Positions 1 through 17,576 of a stretch of DNA of 64,000 nucleotides are shown here, one piece after another. The notes under the pieces are model-generated. The model searched no databases, was not told where the DNA came from, and saw only the letters and a program-made list of their open reading frames with translations. Origin of the DNA: the human T2T-CHM13v2.0 reference genome, Homo sapiens; NCBI RefSeq assembly GCF_009914755.1, contig NC_060940.1; one strand, written 5' to 3'. Positions within the stretch are counted from its first letter, which is position 1; every line of letters begins with the position of its first letter. The position numbers and the translations under genes are program-made.

Positions 1-121
1 TGCAGTGGTACTATCTTGGCTCACTGCAGCCTCGACCTCCTGGATTCAAGCAGACTTCCCACTTCAGCCTCCAGAGTAGCTAGGACTACAGGTATGTGCA
101 ACCATGCCTGGTCAATTTTAG

Positions 122-313
<192 letters not shown>

Positions 314-612
314 TGATTTTTAGCATATTCACAGATATGTGTGACCATCACCACAATCTAACTTTAGATTATTTCAACTCCCTGAACCCTGACCACTTGA
401 CAGTCATTCCCCATTCCTGCACCCTCCTCCCTGCCACCTACCTCCTCACCCCGACCCACAGCCCTAGGGAATTAGTAATTTACTTTCTATCTGTATGGAT
501 TTCCCATTGCAGACACTTCCCACAAATGGAATTATGCAACATGTCATCTTTTGTGATAATCTTCTTTCTACATGTTTCCAAAATTCATCTATGTTGTAGC
601 ATGTATCAGTAC

Positions 613-1097
613 TGATGCAGGGCAGGCAAGCCCCCAAATTGGGGTTTAGCAGAGGAGGATTCTTGGTTTTGTCTGGGAAATAATTCAAGGGTGAGCCGGT
701 GGTGTTAGACAGCAGCTTTTATTGAAGCGACAGTGCACAGCAGCAGAGGTGCTGTTCCTTGTGGAGCGGGGCTACCCCGCAGGCCGTGTGCTCAGAGTAG
801 CAGCTCAGAGGTGGGTCTGCACTCATAGTTACACCCACTTTTAATTGTATGCAAATTAAGGGGTAGATTATGCAGAAATTTGTAGGAAAATTTTGGTAAC
901 TTTTGGGTCATTGGGTCGTTGCCATGGAAAGGGGTGGTAATTTCTGGCTATTGCCGTGGCAATGGTAAACTGAAATGCTGCACTGGTAGGCATGTCTTAT
1001 GGAGAACTGCTTCCACTCCATCTTTGTTTTAGCTAGTTCTCAATTTGGTCCAGTGTCCAAGAGCTGACTCTGGAGTCAAGTCCCACCTCCTACCTCA
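613..1097 (-). mobile_element. ERV1-type solo LTR (MER66-like)
   Basis: TG..CA termini (minus strand starts TGAGGTAGGAGGTGGGAC); 4-bp TSD gtac/gtat; the host L1M rejoins across it; family name from recall. Confidence 0.7.
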
Positions 1098-1107
1098 GTA
1101 TTTCATT

Positions 1108-1437
<330 letters not shown>

Positions 1438-1815
1438 TAATTTTTTCTTGTACGGATATATCATATTTTACTTATCCATTCATCGGTTGATGGATATTTA
1501 GGTTGTCAGTACATGAACATTTGTGTACAAGTTTTTTTTGTGTGTTGACATATGTTTCAGCTCTCTTGAGTATATCCTAAGGAATAGAATTGCTGGATTT
1601 TACAATAACTCTAGGTTTAACATTTTGAGGAACTGCCAAACTGTTTTCCAAAGTGGCTGCCCCACCAGCCATGTAATAAGCATTCTAATTTCTCCACATT
1701 CTTGTCAACACTTGTTATTGTCTGTCTTTTTACTGCAGCCACCCTAATATGTATGAAGACGTAGCTCATGGTTTTGATTTGTATTCCCCTGATGACTACT
1801 GATGTTGAAAATCTT

Positions 1816-2182
<367 letters not shown>

Positions 2183-2436
2183 TTATTTTTATTTAAATTG
2201 GGTTGTCTTTTTATTGTTGAAGTTTTATTGTTCTTTATATATTCTAGATATGAGTCCCTTGTCAAATATGTGATTTGAAAATGTTTTTTCCCGCCAGGTG
2301 TGGTGGTGCATGCCTATAATCCCAGCTCAGGAGGATCACTTGAGCCCAGGAGGTCAAGGTTACAGTGAGCCATGATCATATCACTGCATTCCAACTGGAG
2401 CCACAGAGTGAGTCCCTGTCTCAGAAAAAAAAAAAA

Positions 2437-2437
<1 letters not shown>

Positions 2438-2468
<31 letters not shown>

Positions 2469-2479
2469 GCACACACACA
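2438..2479. repeat. (CA)n microsatellite in an Alu monomer tail
   Basis: Direct reading. Confidence 0.9.
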
Positions 2480-2619
2480 CTTTTTCTTCCATCCAATGAT
2501 TGGTTGTCTTTTCACTTTCCTAATAGTATCCTTTGACACACACAGTTTTTAATTTTTATGAAGTCCAATCTATCAATTTTTTTTCTTTTATAGGTTGTGC
2601 TTTTGGTGTCGCAGCTAGA

Positions 2620-3250
2620 AGATCCTCACACCTCAGCCTCCCAAGTAGCTGGGACTACAGGCATACACCACCATACCTCACTAATTAAAATTTTTTTTTT
2701 TGCCTGTGCATGGTGGCTCATGCCTATAATCCTAGCACTTTGGGAGGCTGAGGTGGGCAGACCACTTGAGGTCAGGAGTTTGAGACCAGCCTGGCCAACA
2801 TGGTGAAACCCCGTCTCTACTAAAAATACAAAAATTAGCAAGGCGTGGTGGTGGGAGCCTGTAATTCCATCTACTCGGGAGGCTGGGGCAGGAGAATCAC
2901 TCTAGCCCAAGAGGTGAAGGTTTCAAGGAACTGAGATTGTGCCACTGCACTCCAGCCTAGGCAACAGGGTGAGACTCCATCTCAAAAAAGAAAAAAAAAA
3001 AAGAGGAAAAAAATTTTTTTGGTAGAGAGGGGGTCCTGCTATATTGCCCAGGGTGGTCTTGAACTCGGTGTCCAAAAGTGCTGGGATTACAGGACCTGCC
3101 ACCACACCAGGCTAATTTTTGTATTTTTAGTAGAGATGGGGTTTCACCACGTTGGCCAGGCTGGTCTCGAACCCCCCGGGCTCAAGGGATCCGCCTAACT
3201 CAGCCTCCCAAAGTGCTGGGATTACAGGCGTGAGCCACCGGCCTGGCCTC
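2620..3250. mobile_element. Nested Alu cluster (plus-strand Alu inside a minus-strand Alu, plus a further fragment)
   Basis: Alu segments in both orientations; boundaries approximate. Confidence 0.75.
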
Positions 3251-3515
3251 TTCTCACATTCTTGATGATGTCTCGTGACGTACAGAAGTTTTAAATTTTT
3301 CTGTTTTTTCTTCCATTGTTCAAGCTTTTGGTGCCAAATCTAAGAATCCATTGTCATATTCAAGGACATGAAGATTTACCTTATGTTTTTTTTCTAAGAG
3401 TTTTAGATTTTATTTTAGAGTCTGTGATCTATTTTGAGTTAATTTTTGTAGACAGAGTGAAATAGTGGTCCAATTTCATTCCTGTGCATGTGGTTATCCA
3501 GTTGTCCCAGCACCA

Positions 3516-3808
3516 TTTTTTTTTTTTTTGAGATGGAGTCTTGCTCTATCGCCCAGGCTGGAGTGCAGTGGTGCAATCTCGGCTCACTAACCTCCGTCTC
3601 CCGGGTTCACACCATTCTCCTGCCTCAGCCTCCCGAGTATCTGGGACTACAGGCACCCGCCACCACGCCCGGCTAAGTTTTTATATTTTTAGTAGAGACG
3701 GGGTTTCACCATGTTAGCCAGGATGGTCTCGATCTCCTGACCTTGTGATCCGCCCACCTCGGCCTCCCAGCGTGTTGGGATTACAGGTGTGAGCCACTGC
3801 ACCCGGCC
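3516..3808 (-). mobile_element. Alu (AluY-like)
   Basis: Antisense Alu with TSD ccagcaccatt on both sides. Confidence 0.9.
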
Positions 3809-4923
3809 TCCAGCACCATTGTTTTAGAAAAGATTATCATTTGCCCCATCGAATGGTCTTGGTAACATTGTCAAATATCAAATTGACATCCAGTGTGTAT
3901 CATGGATGTAAAAAATATATGTATCAGTTGACCATAAATATTTGGGTTTATTTCTGGATTCTTAATTCTTTTCCATAGGTCTATTTATCTAGCCTTATGC
4001 CAGTACCACACTGTTTAGACTACTGCAGCTTTGTAGTAAGTTTTGATATTGGGAAATGTAAGTACTGCTACTTTGTTTTAAATTTTGTTTTCACTATTTG
4101 AGGCCCCTTGGAGTTTCCTATTTAGTGGATTCCTTAGAATTTTCTACATACAATCTCATGTCATCTGCAAATAGAGACAGTTTTACATCTCTATTTGTGG
4201 ATGGCTTTTATTTCTTTTTCTTGCCTAATTGCTTGGGCTAAAACTCCCAGTAGAATGTTGACTAGAAGTGGTAAGAGTGGACATCTTTTCTGTTTCCTGA
4301 TCTTAGAGGGAAAGCTCTCAGTCTATTAATTTAATAGCATGAAATACGATATTAGCTGTAGTTTTTTTTTTTTTTTTTAAGACAGTGTCTCCCTCTGTCA
4401 CCCTGGCTGGAGTGCAGTAGCTCAATCATGGCTCACTGCAGCCTCGATCTCCTGTGCTCAAGCAATCCTCCTACTTCAGCCTCCCAAGTAGCTGGGACTA
4501 CAGGTATGAACCACCATGCCTGGCTAGTTTTTGTATTTTTTGTAGAGACGGGCTTTCACCATGTTGCCCAGGCTGGTCTTAAACTCCTGGGCTCAAGCAA
4601 GCCACACACTTCAACCTCCCAAAGTGCCAGGATTATAGGCATGAGCCACCCTGCCTGGCCTAGCTACAGATTTTTCATAGGTATGTTTATCAGGTTGAAG
4701 AAGGTTCCTTCTATTCCTAGTTTATTGAATTTTATAATCATAAAAGAGTGTTGAATTTTGTCTTGCTTTTTCAGCATCTATTGAGATGATCATGTAATTT
4801 TTATTCTTTATTCTCTCAATTTTGTGCGTTTCATTGATTGATTTTCAAATATTAAACCAACCTTGTATTCCTGGGTAAATCCCACTTGGTCATGGTGTAT
4901 AATCCTTTGTATACGTTTCTTGA

Positions 4924-5184
<261 letters not shown>

Positions 5185-5658
5185 TGATCCGCCTGCCTCG
5201 GCCTCCCAAAGTGCTGGGATTACAGGTGTGAGTCATCACACCCAACCGGTTTGCTTGTAGCTTGTGGAGGACTTTTGTTTCTATAGTCACAAGGGATATT
5301 AGTCTGAAGTTTTCTTGTGATATCTTTTTCTAGCTTTGGTATCAGGGTAATACTGGCCTCACGGTTCCTTCCTCTTCTTTTTTTGAAAGAGTTTGTGAGG
5401 GATTTGTATTAATTTTTCTTTAAATATTCGATAGAAATCACCAGTGAAGCCATCTGGGTCTGGAATTTTCTTTGTTGAAAGTTTTTAAATGACTAATTAA
5501 ATCTTTTTCCATGTTGTAAGTCTGTTCAGATTATTTATGGGTTCTCCTTCTTATGTCAGTTTTGGTAATTTATGTCTTTCTAGGAATTTTTTCATTTCTT
5601 CTATTTATCTAACTTGCTGGCATGCAGTTGTTCACAGTGTTCCCTTATTATCCCTTTA

Positions 5659-5662
<4 letters not shown>

Positions 5663-5700
<38 letters not shown>
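5663..5700. repeat. (TG)n microsatellite (tail of a minus-strand Alu at ~5700-5980)
   Basis: Direct reading. Confidence 0.9.
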
Positions 5701-5701
<1 letters not shown>

Positions 5702-6505
5702 AGATGGACTCTTGTTCTGTCTTCTAGGCAGAGTGCAGTTACACGATCCCAGCTCACTGCAACCCCTGCCTCCCAAGTTCAAGTGATTCTCCTGCCTCAG
5801 CCTCCTGAGTAGGTGAGATTACAGGTGCCCGCCACCACACCTGGCTAATTTTTGTATTTTTAGTAGAGACAGGGTTTCACATGTTGGCCAGGCTGGTCTT
5901 GAACTCTTGACCTCAAATGATCCACCCGCCTCGGCCTCCCACAGTGCTGGAATTACAGGCGAGAACCACTGCACCCAGCCCCCCTTTACTTTTTATAAGT
6001 ATTGATAGCTCCCTTTTCATGCCTGAGGTATTAATCTGAGTCTTCTCTTTTTTTTTTTTTTTTTTTCTTGGTCAGTCTAGCTAAACAGTTGTCATTTTGT
6101 TGCTCTTTTCTAAGAAAAAACTTTTGGTTTTACTGACTTTCTCTATTTTTTCTATTTTCTATTTCATTTATTTTTACTCATACCTTTATTATTTCCTTCC
6201 TTTGGCTTTCTTTTGGTTGAGTTTGCTCTTCTTTTTCTAGTTTCTTAAGGCAGAAGTTTAGGTTATTAATTAGAAATCTTTCTTCTTTTCTAATACTCAC
6301 ATAGTTACAAATGTCTCTCTAAGCACTGCTTTAGCTGCATCCAGTAAGTTATGTTATGTTGTGTGTTAGTTTCCATTCATCTCAAGATATTTTCTAATTT
6401 CCCTGTGATTTCATCTTTCACTCATTGATTATTTAGGAGTGTTTTAAAATTTCTACATATTTCTAGCCGGGCATGGTGCCTCACGCCTGTAATCCCAGCA
6501 CTTTA

Positions 6506-6772
<267 letters not shown>

Positions 6773-7048
6773 TTAATTTCCTCGGTTGTCATTTTCTAAT
6801 TTAATTCCATTGCAGCTGGGGAACAGACTTTATATAATTTCAATCATTTTCCATTTATTGAGGCTTGTTTTAAGGCCTAGTATAAGTCTATCCTGAAGAG
6901 TGTGTCATGCGTAGCTGAGAACAATGTGTGTTCTGCTGCTGTGTGGAGTGTTTCGATGTCTTTCAGGTCTTGGCTTACAGTGTTGTTCAAGGCTTCTACT
7001 TCCTTGTTGATCTTCAGCCTTGTTGTTTTATCCGTTATTGAAAGTGGG

Positions 7049-7404
<356 letters not shown>

Positions 7405-8143
7405 TCAGTTCAGTTCCCTCCAGTTTTATTAGTTTTTGCTTCATGTATTTTGGGCTCTGTTGTTAGGAGTATATATGTTTACAATCATTTTATCTTCCTC
7501 ATAAACTGCCTCTTTTATCATTATAAAAGATATTGTATCTTTAGTAACAATTTTTTTTTTTTTTGGAGACAGAGTCTTGTTCTGTCGCCTAGGCTGGAGT
7601 GCAGTGGTGCTATCTCGGCTCACTGCAACCTCCGCCTCCCAGGTTCAAGCAATTAGGATCTCCTGTCTCAGCCTCCGGAGTAGCTGGGACTATAGTGCAT
7701 GCCACCACGCCCAGCTAATTTTTGTAGTTTTAGTAGAGATGGGGGTTTCACCATGTTGGTCAGGCTAGTCTTGAACTCCTGACGTCAGGTGATCCACACA
7801 TCTTAGCCTCCCAAAGTGCTGGGATTACAGGCGTGAGCCACCTCGCCCAGGCTTCAGTAAGAATTTTTGTCTTAAAGTCTAATTTGTCTCACGCTTATGT
7901 AGCCACCCTCTCTTTTAATAACTCCTCACATGGTTTCTTTTTGCATCTTTCTACTTTCAACTCTTGTGTCTTTGACTCTAAAGTAAATCTCTCACAGATC
8001 ATTTTATTTTATTTTATCCATTCTGGGCTGGGCCCGGTGGCTCACACCTGTAATCCCAGCCCTTTGGGAGGCCCAGGTGGGAGCATCACTTGAGCCCAGG
8101 AGGTTGAGACCAACCTGGTTAAGATAGCATGACCTCGTCTCTA

Positions 8144-8892
<749 letters not shown>

Positions 8893-10836
8893 TGAAGTAG
8901 ATAGGGAAACCCTGCATTCCAATATCTGTTGTCAATGCAAAAATTTTCACGGCCAGTTCTCTGTCAGGGTCAGGGTCATGGGGAGGTTTCTTATGGGGCA
9001 AGGGTTGGGGTCAAGGAATTTGAGGAACTTGAATAGGGCAGGGCCGAGGAAATCAGAGCCTGGTCAGGAGCTAGACTTCTCCCTGTACCAGTGGGGGTGC
9101 TCGGGGATTATTGCAGGCCGTAAAGAAAGCTAAGCATTAGGCGAGGGACCACCAGAGAAGACAAAAGTGGTCCCCTTCCTCAAGAACTTAGAATTAAGAT
9201 GATAAGGAGAGTGGGTGCCGTGGCTCATGCCTGTAATCTCAGCACTTTGGGAGGCTGAGGCAGCAGGATCCATTGAAGCCAGGAGTTCAAGAACATCCTG
9301 CACAAAGAAGCAAGACCCCATTTCTACAAAAAGATACAAAAACATTAGGCAGGAGTGGTGGTGTGTGCCTGTAGTCCAGCTAACTCAGGAGGCTGAAGCA
9401 GGAGGATCACTTGAGCACAGCAGTTAGAGGCTGCAGTGAGCTGTGTTCAGGCCACTGCACTCCAGCTTGGGTGACAGAGCGAGACCTGTCTCAAAAAAAA
9501 AAAAAAAAAGATGATAAGGGAGGCTTCTGAGTAAAGAACAGCTCTACTCCACCTGCCGTGGAGCTGAGAGACCGCCATGTGTGCCTGCCCACACTCCTAC
9601 CCAGGACAGCCTAAACCATCCACACAGGGAGGCAGGATCAGAATGTGGCTGTAACTTGGGGCACCGACGCCGCCTGGGTGTCCTGGACACAGCCTGGAGA
9701 AAGTCTAGAGACAGGGCTGTCACATCTAGAACAATGGTTTCTGATGAGCTTGGGAGCACCCTGTCCAAATTGAATCCTCCCGAGAAACCCAGCAATGTGA
9801 GACAGAACCAAGAGTGGCTCAGATGGAGGCCGTGGGAGCTTGGATGCCTGCACACTTGGTCCTCTCATATACCTGTTGGTGGTCACAACCCCATGGTGGC
9901 TCCAGGGAACACAGTTTGACCATCACGGACCTGGGTTTTAGAGTCAGGCAAGAGAGACAGAGGCTGGCAGTCGTGAGTGTCCGGCACTTGCAGGATTTGT
10001 GCCCACCCTCAGCACTCACAGCCTGGTGGGAGGCCAGGCCCTGGTGCCCAAGGCAGCCCCTTCCCTACAGCTGGGACAGGAGGCCACAGGTTCTCAGACA
10101 CCTGGTGCCTCCTGCTTCCCTGACTCTGATTCCTGGTCTCCCCAGTAGATGAGACTGAGACCACTGCGGCAAACACAACTCAACGTCCCTGTCCCTGCAA
10201 CAGTTATTCCTATCGCTGTACTTAATAGACTGGCAGCCTCATCCATGCCTCCGTTTCTTAGAGGCTTGGCCAGCTGGTTTCAGCTCAGGCTCAGGACAGA
10301 GCCAGTCCGTGTGCCAGAAAATCAAGAAACACTCAGAGCCTGAGAACAGAGGATCAGAACTCAGATACCAGAGCACCACCAAGGAAGGAGGCCACCTAAC
10401 CAGCTCCCCTGCCTGAGGCCCAAGAATATGCCCAACCTTCTAGTTACTTAAGTTCTCTGAGCCTTGGTTCCCCCATCTGTAAAATGGGGATGGTACAAAA
10501 TTCAAGGTTTTCCGTAAAAATGAAATGAAACCGATGTTTGTGAAAAGTTATCTGCATACTGGCTGGCACCTAGTAGGTGCTCAGTAAATGTGCATTCCCT
10601 CCTCTTTCATCTCATGCTAGTGATTGTGATGAACTCACTGGGTCACAGTGAGGTCTCTGAGTCAGTTTACAGTAAAGACGTACTCTCTGAAAAGCACGTT
10701 CTATTGTTCAAGGCCCTATAATTGAGAAGGCCTCCTGCAGGAGTCAGGCAGGCCCAGACTGGGAAGCAGTAACTGCTAGGGTCTCAGGAGGAAGGAATTT
10801 CAAGCCAGGAGGCTTCAGGGAGGCAGTGGCCTGTGA

Positions 10837-11577
<741 letters not shown>

Positions 11578-12794
11578 TAGAGTCGAGGTCTCACTATGTT
11601 GTCCAGGCTGGTCTCGGACTCCTGGGCTCAAGGGATCCTCCTGCCTCGGCCTCCAAATGTGTTGGGATTACAGGCATGAGCCACCATGCCTGGCTGCTTT
11701 CATCTTTTAATGAAAGTTTCCCTCAAGCCACATATTTTCCCATTTTTGTTCTGTAAATATCTCTTCACAATCGGACTTCTCACAAGAGTGGTCTATGTAT
11801 GCGCTCTTCCCTCCCTCACTTTATTAGCTCATTCCATCTGGTTTCTGCCTCCACTGTGCCTCCAAACCTGCCAGACAGATAGTCTATTTCTTCATTAGCT
11901 TAGTGTCTGTCTCTCAGTAGAAGATAAGCTTTGTGAGGGCAGGAACCTATCTGTTTGGCTCATTATTTATATTTTCAGTACCCAGCACAGTACTGATATA
12001 AAGTAGACATTCAACAAATATTTGTGGTATTATCATATGAATTAGCCCTATCTTTTTCAAAAGCATTGTTAGGTTTTGGTATCAGGGTAATGCTGGCCTC
12101 ATAAATGAGTTGGAAAGTGTTTCTTCCTCTTCTATTTTCCTTCCTTTTTTTTGAGACGGAGTCTCGCTCTGTTGCCCAGGCTGGAGTGTAGTGGCACGAC
12201 CTCAGCTCACTGCAACCTCCTCTTCCCAGGCTCAAGCAATTATCCTGCCTCAGCCTCCTGAGTAGCTGGGATTACAGGTTCATGCCACCACACCCAGCTA
12301 ATTTTTTTGTATTTTTAGTAGAGATGGGGTTTCACCACGTTGGCCAGGCTGGTCTTTAACTCTTGATCTCAAGATCCGACCTCAGCCTCCCAAAGTGCTA
12401 GGATTACAGGTGTGAGCCATGGTGCCCAGCCATCCTCTTTTATCTTCCAAAAGAGAGAGTGGAGAATTGGTATTATTTCTTAAATAACTATTTAAATATT
12501 TAAATAATTCAAATATTTAAATAACTATTTAAATATATCAATATTTAAAATTATACTATTTTCTATTTAGAATATTTTAAAATTATTAAAGTAAATTGTT
12601 TAAACATTTAAAAAATTCCTTAAATATTTGGTAGAATTTAACAGTGAAACCATCTGGTCCTGAAGTTTTCATTGTTGGGGGGTTTTAAATTACATATTCA
12701 ATTTCTTTAGGAGGTATAGGACTATTCAGGTTATCTATTTTTTCTTAAGTGAGTTTTGGCAGTCTGAATCTTTCAAAGAATTGGTCTATTTCAT

Positions 12795-12846
12795 CTAAGT
12801 TATTGAATTTATGGGCAACTTTATGCCCATAAATTCAATAACTTAG
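12795..12846. repeat. Perfect 23-bp inverted repeat with a 6-nt loop
   Basis: ctaagttattgaatttatgggca-acttta-tgcccataaattcaataacttag. Confidence 0.95.
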
Positions 12847-12854
12847 GGGTCTAT

Positions 12855-13257
<403 letters not shown>

Positions 13258-13825
13258 TTATCAATTTCATTGATTTTTTTTCAAAGAACCAGCTTTTGGT
13301 TTCATTGCTTTTCTTCAACTGTTTTCAATTTCATGGATTTCTGCTCCTCTCTTTATTTCCTTCTGCTTGCTTTAGGCTCTCCAAAGACCTTAAAGGATAT
13401 CTGTTTTATTTATTATAGCACCCCACAGATTTACTGATATTCCCATTTTATAGATGAGGAAGCTAAGGATCAGAAAGTGGTTAAGTAATTTGCCCAATGT
13501 CCCAAACTACTAAATGGTGGAGCCAGAACTCAAACCCAGGACTGTCTGACTCCAGAGTCTGTGCTTCTAACTACTGAGTGACATTGCCTCCTAGCCACAT
13601 AACTCCCAGGCCAAGTCCTTCTACTACAGCAGATGCCTCACCAAACACTGCCAAGGTAAGCAACTTCTCAGCTTACCTTGGGCACTCGGTACCTCCTGCC
13701 TTCCCTCCCAGGGACCATCAACTTTCCCCACGGTCCAATTGCCATTCCCTCAATTCTCTTGAACAAAAACCAAAGTGGGCTGGCTTGTACAGGGATCAAG
13801 CCTTCAGAATTGCCTTCGTACGTAC

Positions 13826-13857
13826 CTTGGACTTGACTGAACTATAGGTGGTAGAAT
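13826..13857 (-). pseudogene. ARHGAP23-like exon (32 nt; DSTTYSSVKSK)
   Basis: caacag|ATTCTACCACC...TCCAAG|gtacgt; phase 1 start fits the 97-nt exon. Confidence 0.85.
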
Positions 13858-15355
13858 CTGTTGGTGAAAGACAGAAAAAAAAATGAAAGTTGCATCAGGG
13901 AAAAAGAAAGTTGAGTCTTATGCACACAATTCCTCTCCTCAAAGGCTTCAGAAACCAGGGAATTCTGAAACATGAGATCTCCCCAGGCCCTAGGAGTATG
14001 ACGGACTTCTGATGTCCATCTATGGGAAAGGGATGGAGCAGAAAATGATGTTAATTGCCACTTCCTCTAGAGGCAGGAAGTGACATCAGGCTGCCAGCCA
14101 CTGGCCCCTCATTTACCGAAGGCTAAGGGCAAGGGGGCATTGTCTTTGAGCCTAGTTCCTCTCTCCTTCCCCGCCTGTCCCTTTTACTCTGAAGCACTGG
14201 AGAGAAAATGCTAAATATCAGGTGCAGTCCATGGAAACCACCACAGTGAAACACAGCAAATCACAGATGCTCTGGAGAAATGGAGACCACACAGTGCACC
14301 TCCAGACCTGGGGTCACCCTGCCTCATGGGCAGGGTCCCCAGTTATCACCCAGTTATGAAGGAGACTAAAAGCATGATTTCTATGGGACTTGGGTCCCAC
14401 TCCCTTAATATCACTGGGGTGGAGAAGGAACCAGAGACACATCCTTGTGGGTCCTCTCCAAGGCTAGAGAGGGAGCAGGTTGGTCCAAGGGCCTCCTGGG
14501 GTCCCACAGGGTAGTGGGCAGGTGTGGTTAATCCACACTCTCTGGCAGGCAAGTTAGATGCCCCCCTCTCCGGACCCCTCCCCCTGCACAAGGTGAGAAA
14601 AGCAAGATGGGCGATCACACATGACACACGGGGCGCGGGGGGCGGTGAGTGATTAGAAGAGACATGGGGTCCCTCTCTGCCGTCCCACCCCCATGTCTTC
14701 TGGCCCCTCCTGAGCCTGCCTCTGGTGACTAGGGAGCTCCTGTGTGCCTCTGTCAGAGACAAACAGAAATGCTAAAACTAAAGAGAGGGACAACAATGGC
14801 GGGGGGAGGAGTCAGTGGCTGCAGCCACAAAGGGAGTGGCCCTCATCTGTCTCTGAGCATGTAAATCATCTGTCCTCTGCCATGAGAGGGCCACAGGCCC
14901 TGCAAACAGGACTTAGGGCCCCGGTTTCTTAAGCAGGAGGAGGCGGCCCATTGGGGTGACTGAGGCAGGAGTTAGAGATAAAGAGAAGCTTCTGGGCGTG
15001 GCATCGCTGGTCTCCAGAGAGTGTCGGTCCCCAGCCCGGATGACTAGCAGTGGTGAGACTCGGCAAAGAGAGGCCACAAGGTCTGTGGCACTGCAGAAGG
15101 GCAGCAATTCGATGCCCCGGTGTCCAGGCAACGGGGAGGGCCCTGGGCCCAGTGAGTGCCTCCTTCCTCCTGAGAAGGGGCTCTAGGATGGGAGGGGCAT
15201 GGACTGCTGGGGTAAGTGGATAAAAAGCAGGGGTAACTGGCATGTCAGTGTGGGGTCCTCACAGTCCGGGACATTCTGCCTGCCTCTGTGCCCACCCAGC
15301 CTTCTTATAATCACCCGCCACTGTTAGTGACCGAGGCCGCGACACTGCACTGTAC

Positions 15356-15378
15356 TCTTTAAATCTCCAACAGGTCTG
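15356..15378 (-). pseudogene. Alternative microexon encoding ADLLEI-stop (short-isoform C-terminus)
   Basis: Very long polypyrimidine tract, ctccag|CAGACCTGTTGGAGATTTAA; in phase with the preceding exon; donor GTACAG is weak and uncertain. Confidence 0.7.
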
Positions 15379-15799
15379 CTGGAGGAGGGGAGGGGGAGGA
15401 GAAGAGAAAGGGGTGGGAGGAGAGCACGGGGAGAGGAGGAGGGAGAGGTGGGGGTGCAAGGAAAAAAGGAAGAAAAATTAAAAAGAGGAACATGCCCAGA
15501 GGGACACAGCCAGCCCATGAGAAATTAAAGGCTGAGGAAAGAAACCAGTGAGAGAGGGGGAACAAAGCTCCAACCCTGCCTGGGGCGGGGCAGCTGCACA
15601 GACAGGAGGTGGGCACGGGGCAAGCTGGACTTCCCCAGGGAGGTAGAAGGCCCCCAACAGCCCCATCTCCATGGTGGCTGGCAGGGGAGGGCCCCGCTGG
15701 GGTGGCACAGGGAAGCTGGGCATCTGGCCAGGTATCTGGGACCCTCAGGAATGCAGTGTCCACCCTCCTGCCTCCCCACTCCCAGGCCCCTGTGCTCAC

Positions 15800-15896
15800 C
15801 TGACCCCGGGTCACCAGGGGGCACTGTCCTGCCAATGTTGGGCAGGAGGTACTCAATGTTGGGCACTGCCTGAGGCTCCTTGCTGCCCACAGGGGT
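15800..15896 (-). pseudogene. ARHGAP23-like exon (97 nt; [32 protein letters not shown])
   Basis: tcgcag| ... CAG|gtgag. Confidence 0.92.
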
Positions 15897-15949
15897 CTGC
15901 GAACAGGAGGAGGGGTCAACTGGCATGCCCTCGGATGCTGGGCTGCCGA

Positions 15950-16390
15950 CCCCCCAGAGGGGGGTGCCCTGATGACAGAGCCCGTGTCTCCTCCATCAGA
16001 CTGGGCTCACTGGGGCAGGGACCGTCTCCCTCATCAGCCGGGTGCTCTTAAGGATGATTCCTACATGTCCCCTGTTAGACAGCTTTGTGCCTTCCTCAAC
16101 ATCTCAGAACCACGAAGGCCAGAGCGGCCCCTTCAGCTAGGGGCAGGAGCTGTGTCTCCCGCACTAGACTGGAACTCCTCCAACCTAAGTCCTTCTCAGT
16201 AGCCTGGAGGGCAGGAGCTGCCTTTACTCCTGAATTGGGTTACCTCTGAGCAAGGCCTGTATCTCCCCCATTTAGACTGGAGATTACTGAAGGCAAGCTT
16301 TGTGCTTATCTATCAGACTAGGGGCTCCTGAGGAGAGGGTCTGTGTTTCCTCCATCAGACTTGAGGGAAGCCTCAAGGACAGACACCTTC
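15950..16390 (+). repeat. Degenerate ~40-43-bp tandem array resembling the L2 3'-end motif
   Basis: Recurrent ccatcagact / actagact ... gggcagg ... gtgtctcc. Confidence 0.6.
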
Positions 16391-16483
16391 CCCAGCTTAA
16401 GTCTCGCTGCCTGCCCCACCCCCAAGGACTGGGGCTCACCCCAGACCAGCCCCCATGCCAGCCCAGCCCACGGCATCACTTAC

Positions 16484-16527
16484 TCTCTCTCTCCCTTGTC
16501 CTCTTTGTCACTGAAGAACCAGTCTGA
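16484..16527 (-). pseudogene. ARHGAP23-like exon (SDWFFSDKEDKGER plus an extra GA; 44 nt, frameshifted)
   Basis: ctgcag| ... GGAGAGAGAGA|gtaag; both neighbours are phase 0, so 42 nt is expected. Confidence 0.85.
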
Positions 16528-17333
16528 CTGCAGAGAAGACAAAAGGAAGGGATGAAATCAGCATGGGAAAGAAGAGTCTCTTCCACCTGCTCATTCCAGA
16601 GGACCCACTCAGGCGGCAAGGGGCGCCTCTCTCTCAACAAACCCCAGGCTGGTGGGGCTGCAAAAGAGGGCTCAGAGGGAGCTTGATGGATGCTAAAACC
16701 TGACTCCACAGACTATGAAAAACCCTTGGGGAGAGAAAAGGTGGGACCCCAGTGTGGGAGGAGACACGGCAGTGAGTGGGAGCGGCCACGTCAGACGGGA
16801 GATAGGCTTAGGGAGAGCTTCGCTTTTACTTGCTTTTCTCTAAACACTGTCCTGGGCACACCCCTATGGTATACTCCCCACAGCGAGCCGGGGGGCAGGG
16901 AGGCACCAGTGCCGTTAGTGTTGGCCAGGTCCATGGCTGTGACAGCCGAGCATGCCCCAGGCCACCTGCCACCCATGGGTGCCACACTGACAACAGGGGT
17001 GTCACATACTCAGCCCAGAAAAGGAAAATGACAGGAGAAAGGTGTTGGAGGTTTCCTGACGGGCAGGAGGCGAGAGCTTTCTCATAAAGGCCAAACAAGA
17101 GACAAAATAAAGACCCCCACAGTTTAATATATTTTGTAAAATTTGAGAATCTTGAAGATAAAATTCTAAGTTTTCTGAAAAAAAAATCCAGATTGCTTAT
17201 AAATGAACACGTATCACAGGTACTTGGAACTTTCAGCAGCAAGACACAAGAAGACAAGACAAGAAAGTAAGTTTTGATGTGTGGAAGGAACCTAGAATTT
17301 TATACCCTGCTAAACTCTCATTTAAAAAAATGA

Positions 17334-17576
<243 letters not shown>

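Noticed and set aside
12475-12630. Very AT-rich self-complementary patch
   Set aside because: Low-complexity expansion in L1M; no long perfect palindrome found
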